This document shows positions 8,426 through 17,971 of a stretch of 53,250 nucleotides of DNA, in pieces. Under the pieces are notes generated by a model. It did no database searches, was not told the origin of the DNA, and worked only from the letters and a program-made list of their open reading frames with translations. Location: positions 1-53,250 of the IMG/VR virus record IMGVR_UViG_3300027672_001250; one strand, 5' to 3'. Positions within the stretch are counted from its first letter, which is position 1, and the number at the start of each line of letters is the position of its first letter. This DNA comes from a virus. Taxonomy: Duplodnaviria; Caudoviricetes. The translations under genes and the position numbers were made by a program.

Positions 8426-8653
8426 ATGGGATTAGGCGAATATATAATTTTTGGAGTATTTGTAGTACTCAACAGTTACTTTTCATTTAGAGCTGGGGAA
8501 ACCAATGCACGGTTTGCTGGTATTATAAGTATTGTTCAATTTCTTAAGGATAAAAATGCGTTAAAGGATAAAAATAGCATAGAAGGGTTTAATCAGTGGC
8601 CTGCATTGGTTAAGGAAGTATATAATAATCCGTATGAAATTGAGAGCGACTAA
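8426..8653 (+). CDS. Small membrane protein
   Basis: 75-aa ORF with an N-terminal hydrophobic segment; stop overlaps the next start (TAATG). Confidence 0.7.
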   Translation: MGLGEYIIFGVFVVLNSYFSFRAGETNARFAGIISIVQFLKDKNALKDKNSIEGFNQWPALVKEVYNNPYEIESD

Positions 8654-9786
8654 TGGCAAGAAGAAAAACAAAAGAAGTATATTTAATGCCCGAACCAAAA
8701 TGGGCATCTATACATACTCAGAAAACAGAACAAGATAGGCAGAAGCTACTTCGTAACTTTGAATACTTTGTACATTACGAAGTAGCAGATAAGAAGTGTT
8801 CTAGTACTATTGTTCCTTGGCTTGAACAAGACAGTGGGTTAGACCCTGATCTTATTAAGATGCTAAAGAAGGTGCCAGATGTTTGGTTCCATTCATTTTC
8901 TAAGTACACATTTATATGGCACAAAACAAATGGCTTTATGCACCCTGACGTTAAGGAACACTTACTAGGTAAGATCCCACAATTGATTGATAAAGCAGAA
9001 GAAATTATAGAAGAGAAAGAAGCAAAGGCGGTTGATAAGCCTAGAGTTAGTATCCAGCAACGAATGCATGAACAAGTTGAAGGCTTACTGGGCAATTGGG
9101 AAGGAAACATAGACGAATTACAAATGGGTACGTTTGATCTTAAGAAGTTTGACCCATACAATGAGATGAGAGCGTATGCAGGTGGAGTTATTAAACCTAA
9201 TCATGCAAAAATTATTAAAGATGGGTTTGCAGTACCGTATGCCGAAGCACTAGAAGTGTTGGAATGGAAAGACGACGACATCAAAGAAGCATATGACTTT
9301 ATGAATCTTAAGGCTCGTAAACAATTTGTAGAAATTTATGAAAAGATAATTGCCGCATGCGACACAATGATCTTAACAGGCAAGGCAACTAGGAAAACTA
9401 GAAAGCCTAAGCAAGTAAGCAAAGAAAAACAAGTAAGTAAACTAAAGTTTCAAATCAATGACAGTGTATTAGGTATAGCAAGTATTAATCCTGCAGAAGT
9501 AATCGATGCAACTGAAATTTGGGTATACAACACAAAGACTCGTAAAGTTGGTGTGTATGTAGTAGATGACTTAAAGTCTGGCATACTTGTTAAAGGTACA
9601 ACACTGCAGGACTTCCATCCTACTAAGAGTGTACAGAAAACATTGCGTAAGCCAGCCGAACAAGTTAAAAATTGGACAGGAAATGCCAAGACTAAGTTTA
9701 GTAAAGCATTTAAGGAGCTTACGACCACGGACACTAAGATGAATGGTCGTTTAAATGACACGACTATCATACTAAAAGCCTTTTAG
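8653..9786 (+). CDS. Hypothetical protein with basic C-terminal domain
   Basis: 377-aa ORF, translationally coupled; no motif recognised. Confidence 0.85.
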   Translation: MARRKTKEVYLMPEPKWASIHTQKTEQDRQKLLRNFEYFVHYEVADKKCSSTIVPWLEQDSGLDPDLIKMLKKVPDVWFHSFSKYTFIWHKTNGFMHPDVKEHLLGKIPQLIDKAEEIIEEKEAKAVDKPRVSIQQRMHEQVEGLLGNWEGNIDELQMGTFDLKKFDPYNEMRAYAGGVIKPNHAKIIKDGFAVPYAEALEVLEWKDDDIKEAYDFMNLKARKQFVEIYEKIIAACDTMILTGKATRKTRKPKQVSKEKQVSKLKFQINDSVLGIASINPAEVIDATEIWVYNTKTRKVGVYVVDDLKSGILVKGTTLQDFHPTKSVQKTLRKPAEQVKNWTGNAKTKFSKAFKELTTTDTKMNGRLNDTTIILKAF

Positions 9787-9788
9787 TA

Positions 9789-9796
9789 GATAAATA
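9789..9796 (+). promoter_or_regulatory. Late-type promoter, 5 nt before ATG (leaderless)
   Basis: GATAAATA-GTGTT-ATG. Confidence 0.75.
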
Positions 9797-9801
9797 GTGT
9801 T

Positions 9802-10560
9802 ATGGCGATTAATAAAATAGGTTACAGCAACAGAGAAGAGCTCATTAGCGAAATTAAGCTGCGTTTAGCAGATGGTATTGTTGACGTTGAGCTAGACCGC
9901 GAGCATTACGATATAGCGGTCAACAAAGCAATGGCTAAGTATAGACAACTTAGTTCGGGTGCTGTCGAAGAAAGCATGATCTTCATTACTACACAGGAAA
10001 ATGTAACAGAATACGTTTTACCAGATGAAGTAATGGAAGTTAGACGACTTTATCGTAGAGGTATAGGCGGTAGTAGCGGCGGCGCAAACTTTGATCCGTT
10101 TGATGTTGCATTCAACAACATGTACATGATGCAGGCAGGACAAATAGGCGGACTAGCAGTTTACGATGCTTTTTCACAGTACAAAGAAACAGTTGGACGT
10201 ATCTTTGGTAGTGAATATAACTTTATTTGGAATCGCAATAGTAAAGTATTACAGATTTTAAGAAATGTTAGACATAATGAAGAAGTAGCAGTTGGCGTAT
10301 ACAATTTTGTACCAGAGATGATATTGCTAAAAGACGTTTATGCAAGTGATTGGTTGAGTGCATACGCATTAGCACAAAGTAAGTTTATACTAGGCGAAGC
10401 AAGAAGCAAGTATACTTCGGGCTTACCAGGCGCAGGTGGTGCAATTACTCTTAACGGCGAAGCATTAAAATCTGAAGCTCAGGCAGAATTAGAGAAACTA
10501 AATGAAGCGGTTCACATGATGGAAGAAGGCAGTGACCCACTAGGATTTGTAATAGGTTAA
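9802..10560 (+). CDS. Neck protein (T4 gp13-like head-tail adaptor)
   Basis: REELISEIKLRL..VDVELD, WLSAYALAQSK.ILG..RSKY, LPG.GG.ITLNG, C-terminal PLGFVIG. Confidence 0.8.
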   Translation: MAINKIGYSNREELISEIKLRLADGIVDVELDREHYDIAVNKAMAKYRQLSSGAVEESMIFITTQENVTEYVLPDEVMEVRRLYRRGIGGSSGGANFDPFDVAFNNMYMMQAGQIGGLAVYDAFSQYKETVGRIFGSEYNFIWNRNSKVLQILRNVRHNEEVAVGVYNFVPEMILLKDVYASDWLSAYALAQSKFILGEARSKYTSGLPGAGGAITLNGEALKSEAQAELEKLNEAVHMMEEGSDPLGFVIG

Positions 10561-10563
10561 TAT

Positions 10564-11226
10564 ATGATTATAGGATTAGTTGGACTAATAGGTTCAGGCA
10601 AAGGCACTGTAGCAAACATGTTCGTAGAACGTGGCTGTATAGAAGATAGCTTTGCTGCCCCATTAAAAGACTTATCAGCATCTATATTTGGTTGGCCAAG
10701 AGACATGGTGGAAGGCGATACTATTGAAAGTAGAGACTTCCGTGAAACACCCGATCTGTATTGGGCTCGCAAATTAGGCATTCCGAACTTTACACCAAGA
10801 CTAGCACTACAATTAATAGGCACAGATGTGTTACGCACACACTTTGATCCTAACATTTGGCTACACAGTTTAGAATATCGCATTATGAAACAAGGCGATG
10901 ACGCACCCTGCACAGTTGTTAGCGATGCAAGATTTAAAAACGAACTAGACCTCATTAAGGAAATGGGTGGAGTTGTTATTTGGGTACAACGTGGAGAACT
11001 ACCCGAGTGGTTTGAGACAGCAAAGACCGCACACACTAACGCAATTAGTCATAAAATAATGAAAACTAAATATGCAGACGTACATGAAAGCGAATGGAAC
11101 TGGGCAGGACACCCAGTAGACTATATAATTACAAACAATGGGTCAATCGAAAGCCTAGCAAAACAAGTAGAAAACATTCGCGATTGGAACACAGGCGAAT
11201 TCAAACAAACACTTAAACTAGTATAA
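10564..11226 (+). CDS. Deoxynucleoside monophosphate kinase (T4 gp1-like)
   Basis: IIGLVGLIGSGKGT P-loop, SFAAPLKD, TPRLALQLIGTD, VVSDARFKNE. Confidence 0.9.
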   Translation: MIIGLVGLIGSGKGTVANMFVERGCIEDSFAAPLKDLSASIFGWPRDMVEGDTIESRDFRETPDLYWARKLGIPNFTPRLALQLIGTDVLRTHFDPNIWLHSLEYRIMKQGDDAPCTVVSDARFKNELDLIKEMGGVVIWVQRGELPEWFETAKTAHTNAISHKIMKTKYADVHESEWNWAGHPVDYIITNNGSIESLAKQVENIRDWNTGEFKQTLKLV

Positions 11227-11277
11227 TATCCCCTAATACCTTTCAATTCCCTTAAAGCCCACTAATACCTAAATTCT

Positions 11278-11285
11278 GATAAATA
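11278..11285 (+). promoter_or_regulatory. Late-type promoter with 5' leader hairpin
   Basis: GATAAATA-N5-ATACGA(TCAA)TCGTAT, then AGGAG. Confidence 0.75.
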
Positions 11286-11330
11286 AGTGCATACGATCAA
11301 TCGTATCTTAATATATTAGGAGAAAACAAA

Positions 11331-14144
11331 ATGGCAACATTAGTATCGCCAGGCGTTAGTCTAAGTGTATCAGATGAAAGTTTCTACGCACCTGCAGGTG
11401 CTGGTACTGTTCCTCTTATCGTGATTGCAACAGCACAGGATAAGAAAGCACCAGATGGAACTTCAACTGCCGCTTATACTACAAAGGCAACAGCAAACAA
11501 GTTATATAACATAACAAGTCAACGTGAATTATTACAAAACTTTGGTAACCCATCATTTAAAACAAGTGGCGGAACACCAGTTCATGGAGACGAAACAAAC
11601 GAATACGGTCTAGCAGCAGCATACAGTTTCTTAGGATTATCCAACAGGGCTTATGTACTACGAGCAGACGTAGATTTAGATCAACTAAACGCAAGTGCAA
11701 CTGCACCATCAGCTAAGCCAGCAGCAGATTCTTTATGGATCGATACTGCTAACAGTGCTTGGGGTATTAAAGAATGGGACGGAAGCAAGTGGGTCAGTCA
11801 AACTATTTTACTAGCAGGCAAAAATGACGTACAAGCAAACACAGTACCAAAAACAGCTTTCTCTACTAATGACTCTTTTGCATTAGTATCAGTAGTAGCT
11901 GCAGGTACCAAATCTGATTTCTTATCAATATATGAAAAGTTAGCAGGCAACTGGTATTCAGTAGGTACAACTGCTTGGTCAAGTGCTAAATCAAGTGCAG
12001 ACTTCCAACATGCAACCCATACAACTATTCCAACTACTCAACAAGGTGGTGGAGCATTAGTAGCTGGTGATGTGTTTATGCAGTCAACAGCACCTAACAG
12101 TGGCGCAAACGTACAGGTTAAGAAATATAGTGTTTCAACTGGACAATTTGTATCTCAAGACGCTCCTATACTATCAACAACAGCAGAAGCTTATGCTTAT
12201 CATACAGCAGCTGGTTCGTTAGTAAAAGGCGCACTGTGGTTTGATCAAATTAATGATTCATTCCAGAGATATGCAAGTACAAGACTTAACATGTGGAACG
12301 GTTTGTCAACATTATCATTCGCAAGTACAGCAGCAATTACTGATACAGAAATTGTAGGCTCTAAAGTAGATGCATCAGCATCAGCGTTTAAAATTAATGT
12401 AAACAATTCTACAACAGCAATTGATGTGTTTTTGACAAGTAGTACTTCAGGCAACATAGCAGTAGATGACGCAGTAACAGATATCCAAACAGCTCTTTCA
12501 GCAGCCGACGCAGCTACTACATTCTCAGACCAACTTGTTGTGTCTAATGTAGGCGGTAAAGTTAGCTTTGTAAACAGCAAAGGAAATGACATAAAACTAA
12601 CAGCAGGTGCTACTACTAATGGATTCGCATTAGCAGACCTTAACTTGGCAGTAGTACGTTATAGTAACTTTAAAGTATCTACAGCGACTTACACACCAAG
12701 TACAACTCAGCCAGTAGGCGCAACAGCAAATGCTACATTATGGTATGACGCTGATATTAGTACTAATAACATTGACTTGTTAGAGCATAACGGTACAACA
12801 TGGGTAAGTTTAACAACTGATTTCCAAACTAAAGCAACTGAACCAACTGTACAATCAGATGGAACAACTTCTTTAGTAAGTGGTGATGTATGGTTAGACA
12901 GCTCAGATACTGAAGCCTTAAAACTTTACAAGCACAATGCTACAATATGGGTACTAGTTGATCTTACAGATCAGAGCACACCAGACGGTATATTGTTTGA
13001 TGATTTTAGACAATCAAGTGCAGGTTCATTAGACGCAGACGCTCCGAGTGCAGCTTTATATCCACAAGGTATGCTAGGTTTTAACTACAGAGCTTCAGGT
13101 GGTAATGTTAAGCAATGGCGTATAAACTATGCATTAAGTGCATCAAGTACTGCTAATGTTTGGGTTTCATTCTCAGGCAACGCAGCAGACGGTTCAGGCT
13201 TATTGTTAAGAAAGGCACAGCGTAAAGCAGTTACTAAATCACTACAATCAGCAATAACAAGTAATGCAGACATTCGTAATGAAACAAATCGTTTCAACTT
13301 AGTTGCAGTACCAGGTTATCCTGAACTAGCAGACGAAATGCTTACATTGAGTGTTGATAGAAAAGACACAGTCTTCTCAATCATTGATACTCCTTTAAGA
13401 CTAGCGGCAGATAATACTAGCACAGCAGCTTGGGCAACCAATGCTAATACAGCAGTAGAAAATGGCGAAAACGGTCTTGTAAGTGCAAGTGCTCAAGCAG
13501 GTGTTTACTACCCGCATGCATTAACAACTAACACTGATGGTACAAATATTTTAGTACCAGCATCACACATGGCATTGCGTACTTTTGCATACAATGACCA
13601 GGTTGCTTTCCCTTGGTTTGCACCAGCTGGTTTCCAACGTGGTATCGTTAGTAATGCTACTTCAACAGGATACTTAGATTCTAAAGAAGGCGAATACGTC
13701 CCAGTTTCATTGAACGAAGGACAACGTGATGGTTTATACTTAAACAAGGTAAACCCAATTGCGTCATTCCCAGGAAGAGGCATTAGTGTATTTGGACAAA
13801 AAACATTGAATCCATCAGCAAGTGCGTTGGATAGAATTAATGTTTCAAGACTAGTTATCTACATCAGAGAACAACTCGATGATGCAGTTAAGCCATTCTT
13901 GTTTGAGCCAAACGACAGTGTTACTAGAACTAACGCAAAATCAGTAGTTGATAGATTCTTAAGTGAATTAATCACACAACGTGGTCTATTTGACTTCGTT
14001 ACTGTTTGTGACGAGTCTAACAACACACCAGCAAGAATTGATAGAAACGAATTGCACATTGATGTAGCTATACAGCCTGTCAAAGCAGTTGAGTTTATAT
14101 ACATTCCGATTAGAATTCAAAATACTTTGGGTTCAACTGGTTAA
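11331..14144 (+). CDS. Contractile tail sheath protein (gp18-like) with a large central insertion
   Basis: LVSPGV N-terminus, PWFAPAGFQRG, RDGLYLNKVNPI, FGQKTL, LDRINVSRL, FLFEPND, CDESNNTP. Confidence 0.95.
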   Translation: MATLVSPGVSLSVSDESFYAPAGAGTVPLIVIATAQDKKAPDGTSTAAYTTKATANKLYNITSQRELLQNFGNPSFKTSGGTPVHGDETNEYGLAAAYSFLGLSNRAYVLRADVDLDQLNASATAPSAKPAADSLWIDTANSAWGIKEWDGSKWVSQTILLAGKNDVQANTVPKTAFSTNDSFALVSVVAAGTKSDFLSIYEKLAGNWYSVGTTAWSSAKSSADFQHATHTTIPTTQQGGGALVAGDVFMQSTAPNSGANVQVKKYSVSTGQFVSQDAPILSTTAEAYAYHTAAGSLVKGALWFDQINDSFQRYASTRLNMWNGLSTLSFASTAAITDTEIVGSKVDASASAFKINVNNSTTAIDVFLTSSTSGNIAVDDAVTDIQTALSAADAATTFSDQLVVSNVGGKVSFVNSKGNDIKLTAGATTNGFALADLNLAVVRYSNFKVSTATYTPSTTQPVGATANATLWYDADISTNNIDLLEHNGTTWVSLTTDFQTKATEPTVQSDGTTSLVSGDVWLDSSDTEALKLYKHNATIWVLVDLTDQSTPDGILFDDFRQSSAGSLDADAPSAALYPQGMLGFNYRASGGNVKQWRINYALSASSTANVWVSFSGNAADGSGLLLRKAQRKAVTKSLQSAITSNADIRNETNRFNLVAVPGYPELADEMLTLSVDRKDTVFSIIDTPLRLAADNTSTAAWATNANTAVENGENGLVSASAQAGVYYPHALTTNTDGTNILVPASHMALRTFAYNDQVAFPWFAPAGFQRGIVSNATSTGYLDSKEGEYVPVSLNEGQRDGLYLNKVNPIASFPGRGISVFGQKTLNPSASALDRINVSRLVIYIREQLDDAVKPFLFEPNDSVTRTNAKSVVDRFLSELITQRGLFDFVTVCDESNNTPARIDRNELHIDVAIQPVKAVEFIYIPIRIQNTLGSTG

Positions 14145-14167
14145 GGTTACACTTAAACTACTTAAAG

Positions 14168-14192
14168 AGCACTCTTCGGAGTGCTTTTTTTT
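14168..14192 (+). terminator. Intrinsic terminator with C(UUCG)G loop
   Basis: AGCACTC-TTCG-GAGTGC followed by T8. Confidence 0.9.
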
Positions 14193-14233
14193 GACTAAAT
14201 TAAAACTCGAGTTTATGGTTTTGGAGTCTTTTT

Positions 14234-14241
14234 GATAAATA
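14234..14241 (+). promoter_or_regulatory. Late-type promoter
   Basis: GATAAATA-N5-ATA, short hairpin, then AGGAG. Confidence 0.75.
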
Positions 14242-14281
14242 TTAGCATATAAAACATTTATAGATTTTAGGAGAATATAAA

Positions 14282-14914
14282 ATGGCAGTAACAAAGGATA
14301 AATTCGGCGTACCGTTAAACACTAGTGCTAATAGTGCCGGCGGCATCTTAATGCCTAAATTGAAGTATCGATTCCGTGTAAACTTTATATCACCATTTGC
14401 AGGAACACAGGCTACTACATCTTTGACACAGAACATTCAAAGTGTTACTAGGCCTTCTGTCAGCGTTGATGAAGTAGAAGTACACAGTTTCAATAGTAAG
14501 ATTTATGTACAAGGAAAGCATACATGGCAGACAGTTGACATTGTTATACGTGACGACATTACTAACGCAGTTTCTAAACTAGTAGGTAATCAAGTACAAA
14601 GACAAGTTAACCATTTCCAACAAACAACAGCAGCATCAGCTAACGATTTTAAATTTCCAGTTACCATTGAAGTGTTAGACGGAACTAACAATAATGAAGC
14701 TTCTGAGACATGGGAACTAGAAGGTTGTTTTGTTCAGAACGTAACATACGGTGATCACGATTACTCAGCAGCAGAATCACAGATTATTACTTTAACATTA
14801 CGTTTCGATAACGCAGTGCATTTAGCAGGTGGTAATGCTGGAGCAGGCAGAGGCGAATCAGGTAATCCGTTTACTGAACTAGCTACTGGACTTGGAACAT
14901 CGATTCTAGGTTAA
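14282..14914 (+). CDS. Tail tube protein (gp19-like)
   Basis: Follows the sheath; PKLKYRFRV, GKHTWQTVDIVIRDD, WELEGCF, ITLTLRFD. Confidence 0.88.
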   Translation: MAVTKDKFGVPLNTSANSAGGILMPKLKYRFRVNFISPFAGTQATTSLTQNIQSVTRPSVSVDEVEVHSFNSKIYVQGKHTWQTVDIVIRDDITNAVSKLVGNQVQRQVNHFQQTTAASANDFKFPVTIEVLDGTNNNEASETWELEGCFVQNVTYGDHDYSAAESQIITLTLRFDNAVHLAGGNAGAGRGESGNPFTELATGLGTSILG

Positions 14915-14932
14915 GGTTAAGGCAGGTATATA

Positions 14933-15817
14933 ATGCCGTTTAATTTTGGTCAAACATACTTTAGGAATTGGCGTAACGCAGACAGGTTCAACCCTGGCGT
15001 TACGCCTCCTAGACAAAAGTTCCAAGGCTTTGCAGAGTTTCATTTTAACCCTGCAATTGCTAACGTAATACAAGATAGTGAAACACTAAGAACACAACTC
15101 AGCACGTTAGTGCAGACTGTTAAGATTCCTGAAATCACTTTTCAAACAGCAGTCAAGAGACAATACAACCATCGTAGAATAGTACAAACTGGGGTCGATT
15201 ACGGCCCTTGTAGTATTACTGTGATCGACACAGTTGCTAACGAATGGTTAACAATGTTCATGAAATATTTTGCATTTCAATATAATGATCCTCGTAACAG
15301 AACAACTGAAGGCGTTGGAAACAACCGTGACCAAAGTGCTGTACAGTGGGATTCTAATAAAACATCAGTCAGCACCAACAGTGCATACATGAGCGGTGGT
15401 TACAAAAGTAATGATGCAGGAATGGACATACACGAAGAGACCCACTTCATTGATAGTATCCGCATAATTAATTATCACGGCGGTAAAGGAGTAGAATATA
15501 TTTTATTTAGACCTCAAATTACTTCATTTACTCCAGAGTCATTAGACTATACTGATTCAGGAATTAGAACATTTGACATTGATTTTGAAATAGAAAGTAT
15601 GACTGTTAACAGTAAGTTTAACTTCGAAATGGATGAAACAGACTTAGCAAGATTTGAACAAAACAATGTTAAAGATAATGCTTTTGATCTAATTGGGACA
15701 TGGACAGAACTTGGAAAAGATCAAATTAAAGGCAATGTTCGAGGAACAAGAAATAATGAATTCCTGGGATCGCCCGGCACCCCTAGAGCTAGAGCAGGGC
15801 AGGAGCTTAAAAAATAA
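14933..15817 (+). CDS. Tail tube-like / baseplate tube initiator protein
   Basis: Tube-fold pattern (VKIPEITF, QYNHRRIVQTGVDY, ITVIDT, LDYTDS); position after the tube gene. Confidence 0.6.
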   Translation: MPFNFGQTYFRNWRNADRFNPGVTPPRQKFQGFAEFHFNPAIANVIQDSETLRTQLSTLVQTVKIPEITFQTAVKRQYNHRRIVQTGVDYGPCSITVIDTVANEWLTMFMKYFAFQYNDPRNRTTEGVGNNRDQSAVQWDSNKTSVSTNSAYMSGGYKSNDAGMDIHEETHFIDSIRIINYHGGKGVEYILFRPQITSFTPESLDYTDSGIRTFDIDFEIESMTVNSKFNFEMDETDLARFEQNNVKDNAFDLIGTWTELGKDQIKGNVRGTRNNEFLGSPGTPRARAGQELKK

Positions 15818-16251
15818 TGTCTTCTAGCCTATACGATACATTCGGTAATACTACTTCCTACGAAATGGTTAACGGAACACTGGTTGCATATTTAGAATCT
15901 GCAACTATAAAATTTCCTCTACCGGAAGCAAGCTCAGAACTACTTGCAACGCTAACCGCTAAAGGAAATAAAACATATAACCCTGCAACAGTTAGTATGG
16001 TAGAAAGTAAATTACAAAAAACAGGATTTAAGAACTCGGCTGCAAAAGCAATGACAGATGTGCTAATGGCAGTATCCAGTGCCAGCAACGTAGACCCGCT
16101 TGAATATTTTGATGTCAATGAGAATTCACTTAACTTAACAGTTGATGCATACAACGCAATGAATAGTTTACGTCCGGCAGGAAGCCGTGTAGGAATTGCA
16201 GTACCGAGTATCAATAGCAACACTAAGGTCGCAGGCCTAATCCAGCCATGA
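15817..16251 (+). CDS. Hypothetical virion-region protein
   Basis: 144-aa ORF coupled to both neighbours. Confidence 0.75.
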   Translation: MSSSLYDTFGNTTSYEMVNGTLVAYLESATIKFPLPEASSELLATLTAKGNKTYNPATVSMVESKLQKTGFKNSAAKAMTDVLMAVSSASNVDPLEYFDVNENSLNLTVDAYNAMNSLRPAGSRVGIAVPSINSNTKVAGLIQP

Positions 16252-16703
16252 GCAAATTCGCTCAGGGTGTTTACGAAGTAGTAAACACACCTAAGTATGC
16301 CGGCAGTAAAAAACCATATTATCGAAGCAGTTGGGAACTAGCCTTTATGCGTATGTGCGACAGCCACCCCAACATAAAAAAATGGGCTAGTGAGAATGTT
16401 AAAATACCTTATCAAAACCCATTAACAGGCAAGTACACTAACTATGTGCCTGACTTTATGATACAATACATAGACAAAGGCGGAGCAGAACATGTTGAGC
16501 TAATTGAAATTAAGCCAGCAAATCAAACTACAATGGAAAATGCTAGAGGCAAAGGACAGCAAATACAAGTTGCTATAAATGCCGCTAAGTGGACTGCCGC
16601 ACAAGAATGGTGCAAACGCAAAGGCATTCGTTTCAAAGTAATCAACGAAGACCAAATATTTCGAAACAATAAACCTCGAAATCCTAAGAAACGTAAAAAA
16701 TAA
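16248..16703 (+). CDS. Head completion nuclease (T4 gp4-like, TnsA-like PD-(D/E)xK)
   Basis: YRSSWE, WASE..KIPY, YVPDF, IEIKP, N.AKW.AA..WC. Confidence 0.9.
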   Translation: MSKFAQGVYEVVNTPKYAGSKKPYYRSSWELAFMRMCDSHPNIKKWASENVKIPYQNPLTGKYTNYVPDFMIQYIDKGGAEHVELIEIKPANQTTMENARGKGQQIQVAINAAKWTAAQEWCKRKGIRFKVINEDQIFRNNKPRNPKKRKK

Positions 16704-16704
16704 C

Positions 16705-16712
16705 GATAAATA
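16705..16712 (+). promoter_or_regulatory. Late-type promoter, 5 nt before ATG (leaderless)
   Basis: GATAAATA-GCATT-ATG. Confidence 0.75.
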
Positions 16713-16717
16713 GCATT

Positions 16718-17440
16718 ATGCAATTAGGTAAATTAGGAATGCAATATAGTCTTTTTGCTGGCCAAGTAGCCAGTATGCTTGCCATTGTGCCTATGTTTAT
16801 GTATGCAACAGCAACACAGTGGGCTATCGGTGCAACAATGTATTCCTGTATAATGTTGTTTGGTTTAACATTAGGTTACCATAGATATTTAAGCCACAAA
16901 ATGTTTAAGTGTCCTAAATGGTTTGAACTAGTAATGCTATTCTTTGCACATATAATGATGGTAGGCCCTGCAATACTTTGGGTAGCAACTCATCGAGCAC
17001 ATCACAAGTTTACTGATACTGACAAAGATCCACATAGTCCTTTATTCAAGGGATACCTTTATGCACACTTTTTACAAGTGTTTACCGAACCTAATGTTAA
17101 ATGGGCTGGTAACTTATTAAGGGACAACATATATAGGGCACAGGTTAAGTACTACTGGGAGTTTATAGCAGTATATGCAGTTATACTAGCACTAGTAGAC
17201 CCATTTGCATTAATATATGCTTGGCTAGCACCAGCAGGATTTGCTAAATTAATAGGCAGTTTAGTGTTTTCTTACTCGCATAGAAACGGAGCGGCACACA
17301 ATGATCTAATTGTAGGACTACTTACATTTGGTGAAGGCTTCCACACATTACACCACAAGACACAACGCGAAACATTGTTTCATCCTCTAGACATAGGCGG
17401 TAGAACAATACAGTTGATAAAACTAGGATTTAAACAATGA
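16718..17440 (+). CDS. Membrane fatty-acid desaturase (delta-9-like)
   Basis: His boxes HRYLSH, HRAHH and GEGFHTLHH; DKDPHSP; TM segments. Confidence 0.92.
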   Translation: MQLGKLGMQYSLFAGQVASMLAIVPMFMYATATQWAIGATMYSCIMLFGLTLGYHRYLSHKMFKCPKWFELVMLFFAHIMMVGPAILWVATHRAHHKFTDTDKDPHSPLFKGYLYAHFLQVFTEPNVKWAGNLLRDNIYRAQVKYYWEFIAVYAVILALVDPFALIYAWLAPAGFAKLIGSLVFSYSHRNGAAHNDLIVGLLTFGEGFHTLHHKTQRETLFHPLDIGGRTIQLIKLGFKQ

Positions 17441-17916
17441 CAAAGAAACTAGAAGAAGAATTTAATCTACCATCTATGGAAGAAGCAATAGAAGCAGAAA
17501 AAGTGCCCACTATCGAAGAAACAAAACAAGAAATAGAGATTGTAAACAATGGGTTAACAATCGCAGAAAAGATCAACGATGCATTTAAAGAAGTCAGAGG
17601 ATTAGGTGATCACGAAGTAGAGATGAATGATATAGCACAAAAAGCCTTAGACAGTTATGCACAATTAATGACGCTAGGTATGAATGTAAGCGATATGGCG
17701 GCAGGTAAAATATTTGCTGAAGCAAGCAACATGCTAAAGATTGCACTAGAAGCACAAGATACAAAAACAAAAGCAAAACTACAACAACTAGACCTAATGA
17801 TGAAAAAAGCAAGGCTAGATAAGACAAAAAATCAAAACGATAACTACGACGACGGCTCAGGCCCTACACAAGTATATGATCGTAACGAATTACTAAGGAT
17901 TATAAAAGGTGATTAA
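17437..17916 (+). CDS. Helical protein, candidate terminase small subunit
   Basis: 159 aa, coiled-coil character, upstream of the large terminase. The assignment is inference. Confidence 0.45.
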   Translation: MTKKLEEEFNLPSMEEAIEAEKVPTIEETKQEIEIVNNGLTIAEKINDAFKEVRGLGDHEVEMNDIAQKALDSYAQLMTLGMNVSDMAAGKIFAEASNMLKIALEAQDTKTKAKLQQLDLMMKKARLDKTKNQNDNYDDGSGPTQVYDRNELLRIIKGD

Positions 17917-17971
17917 TTTTTACATCAATTTGATAAATAGTTGTAACGATTGGATTACTTAGAGAGACAAT

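Noticed and set aside
16248-16703. Tn7 TnsA transposase or mobile element
   Set aside because: The motifs and position match the T4 gp4-like head completion protein; no other transposon genes or ends are present.
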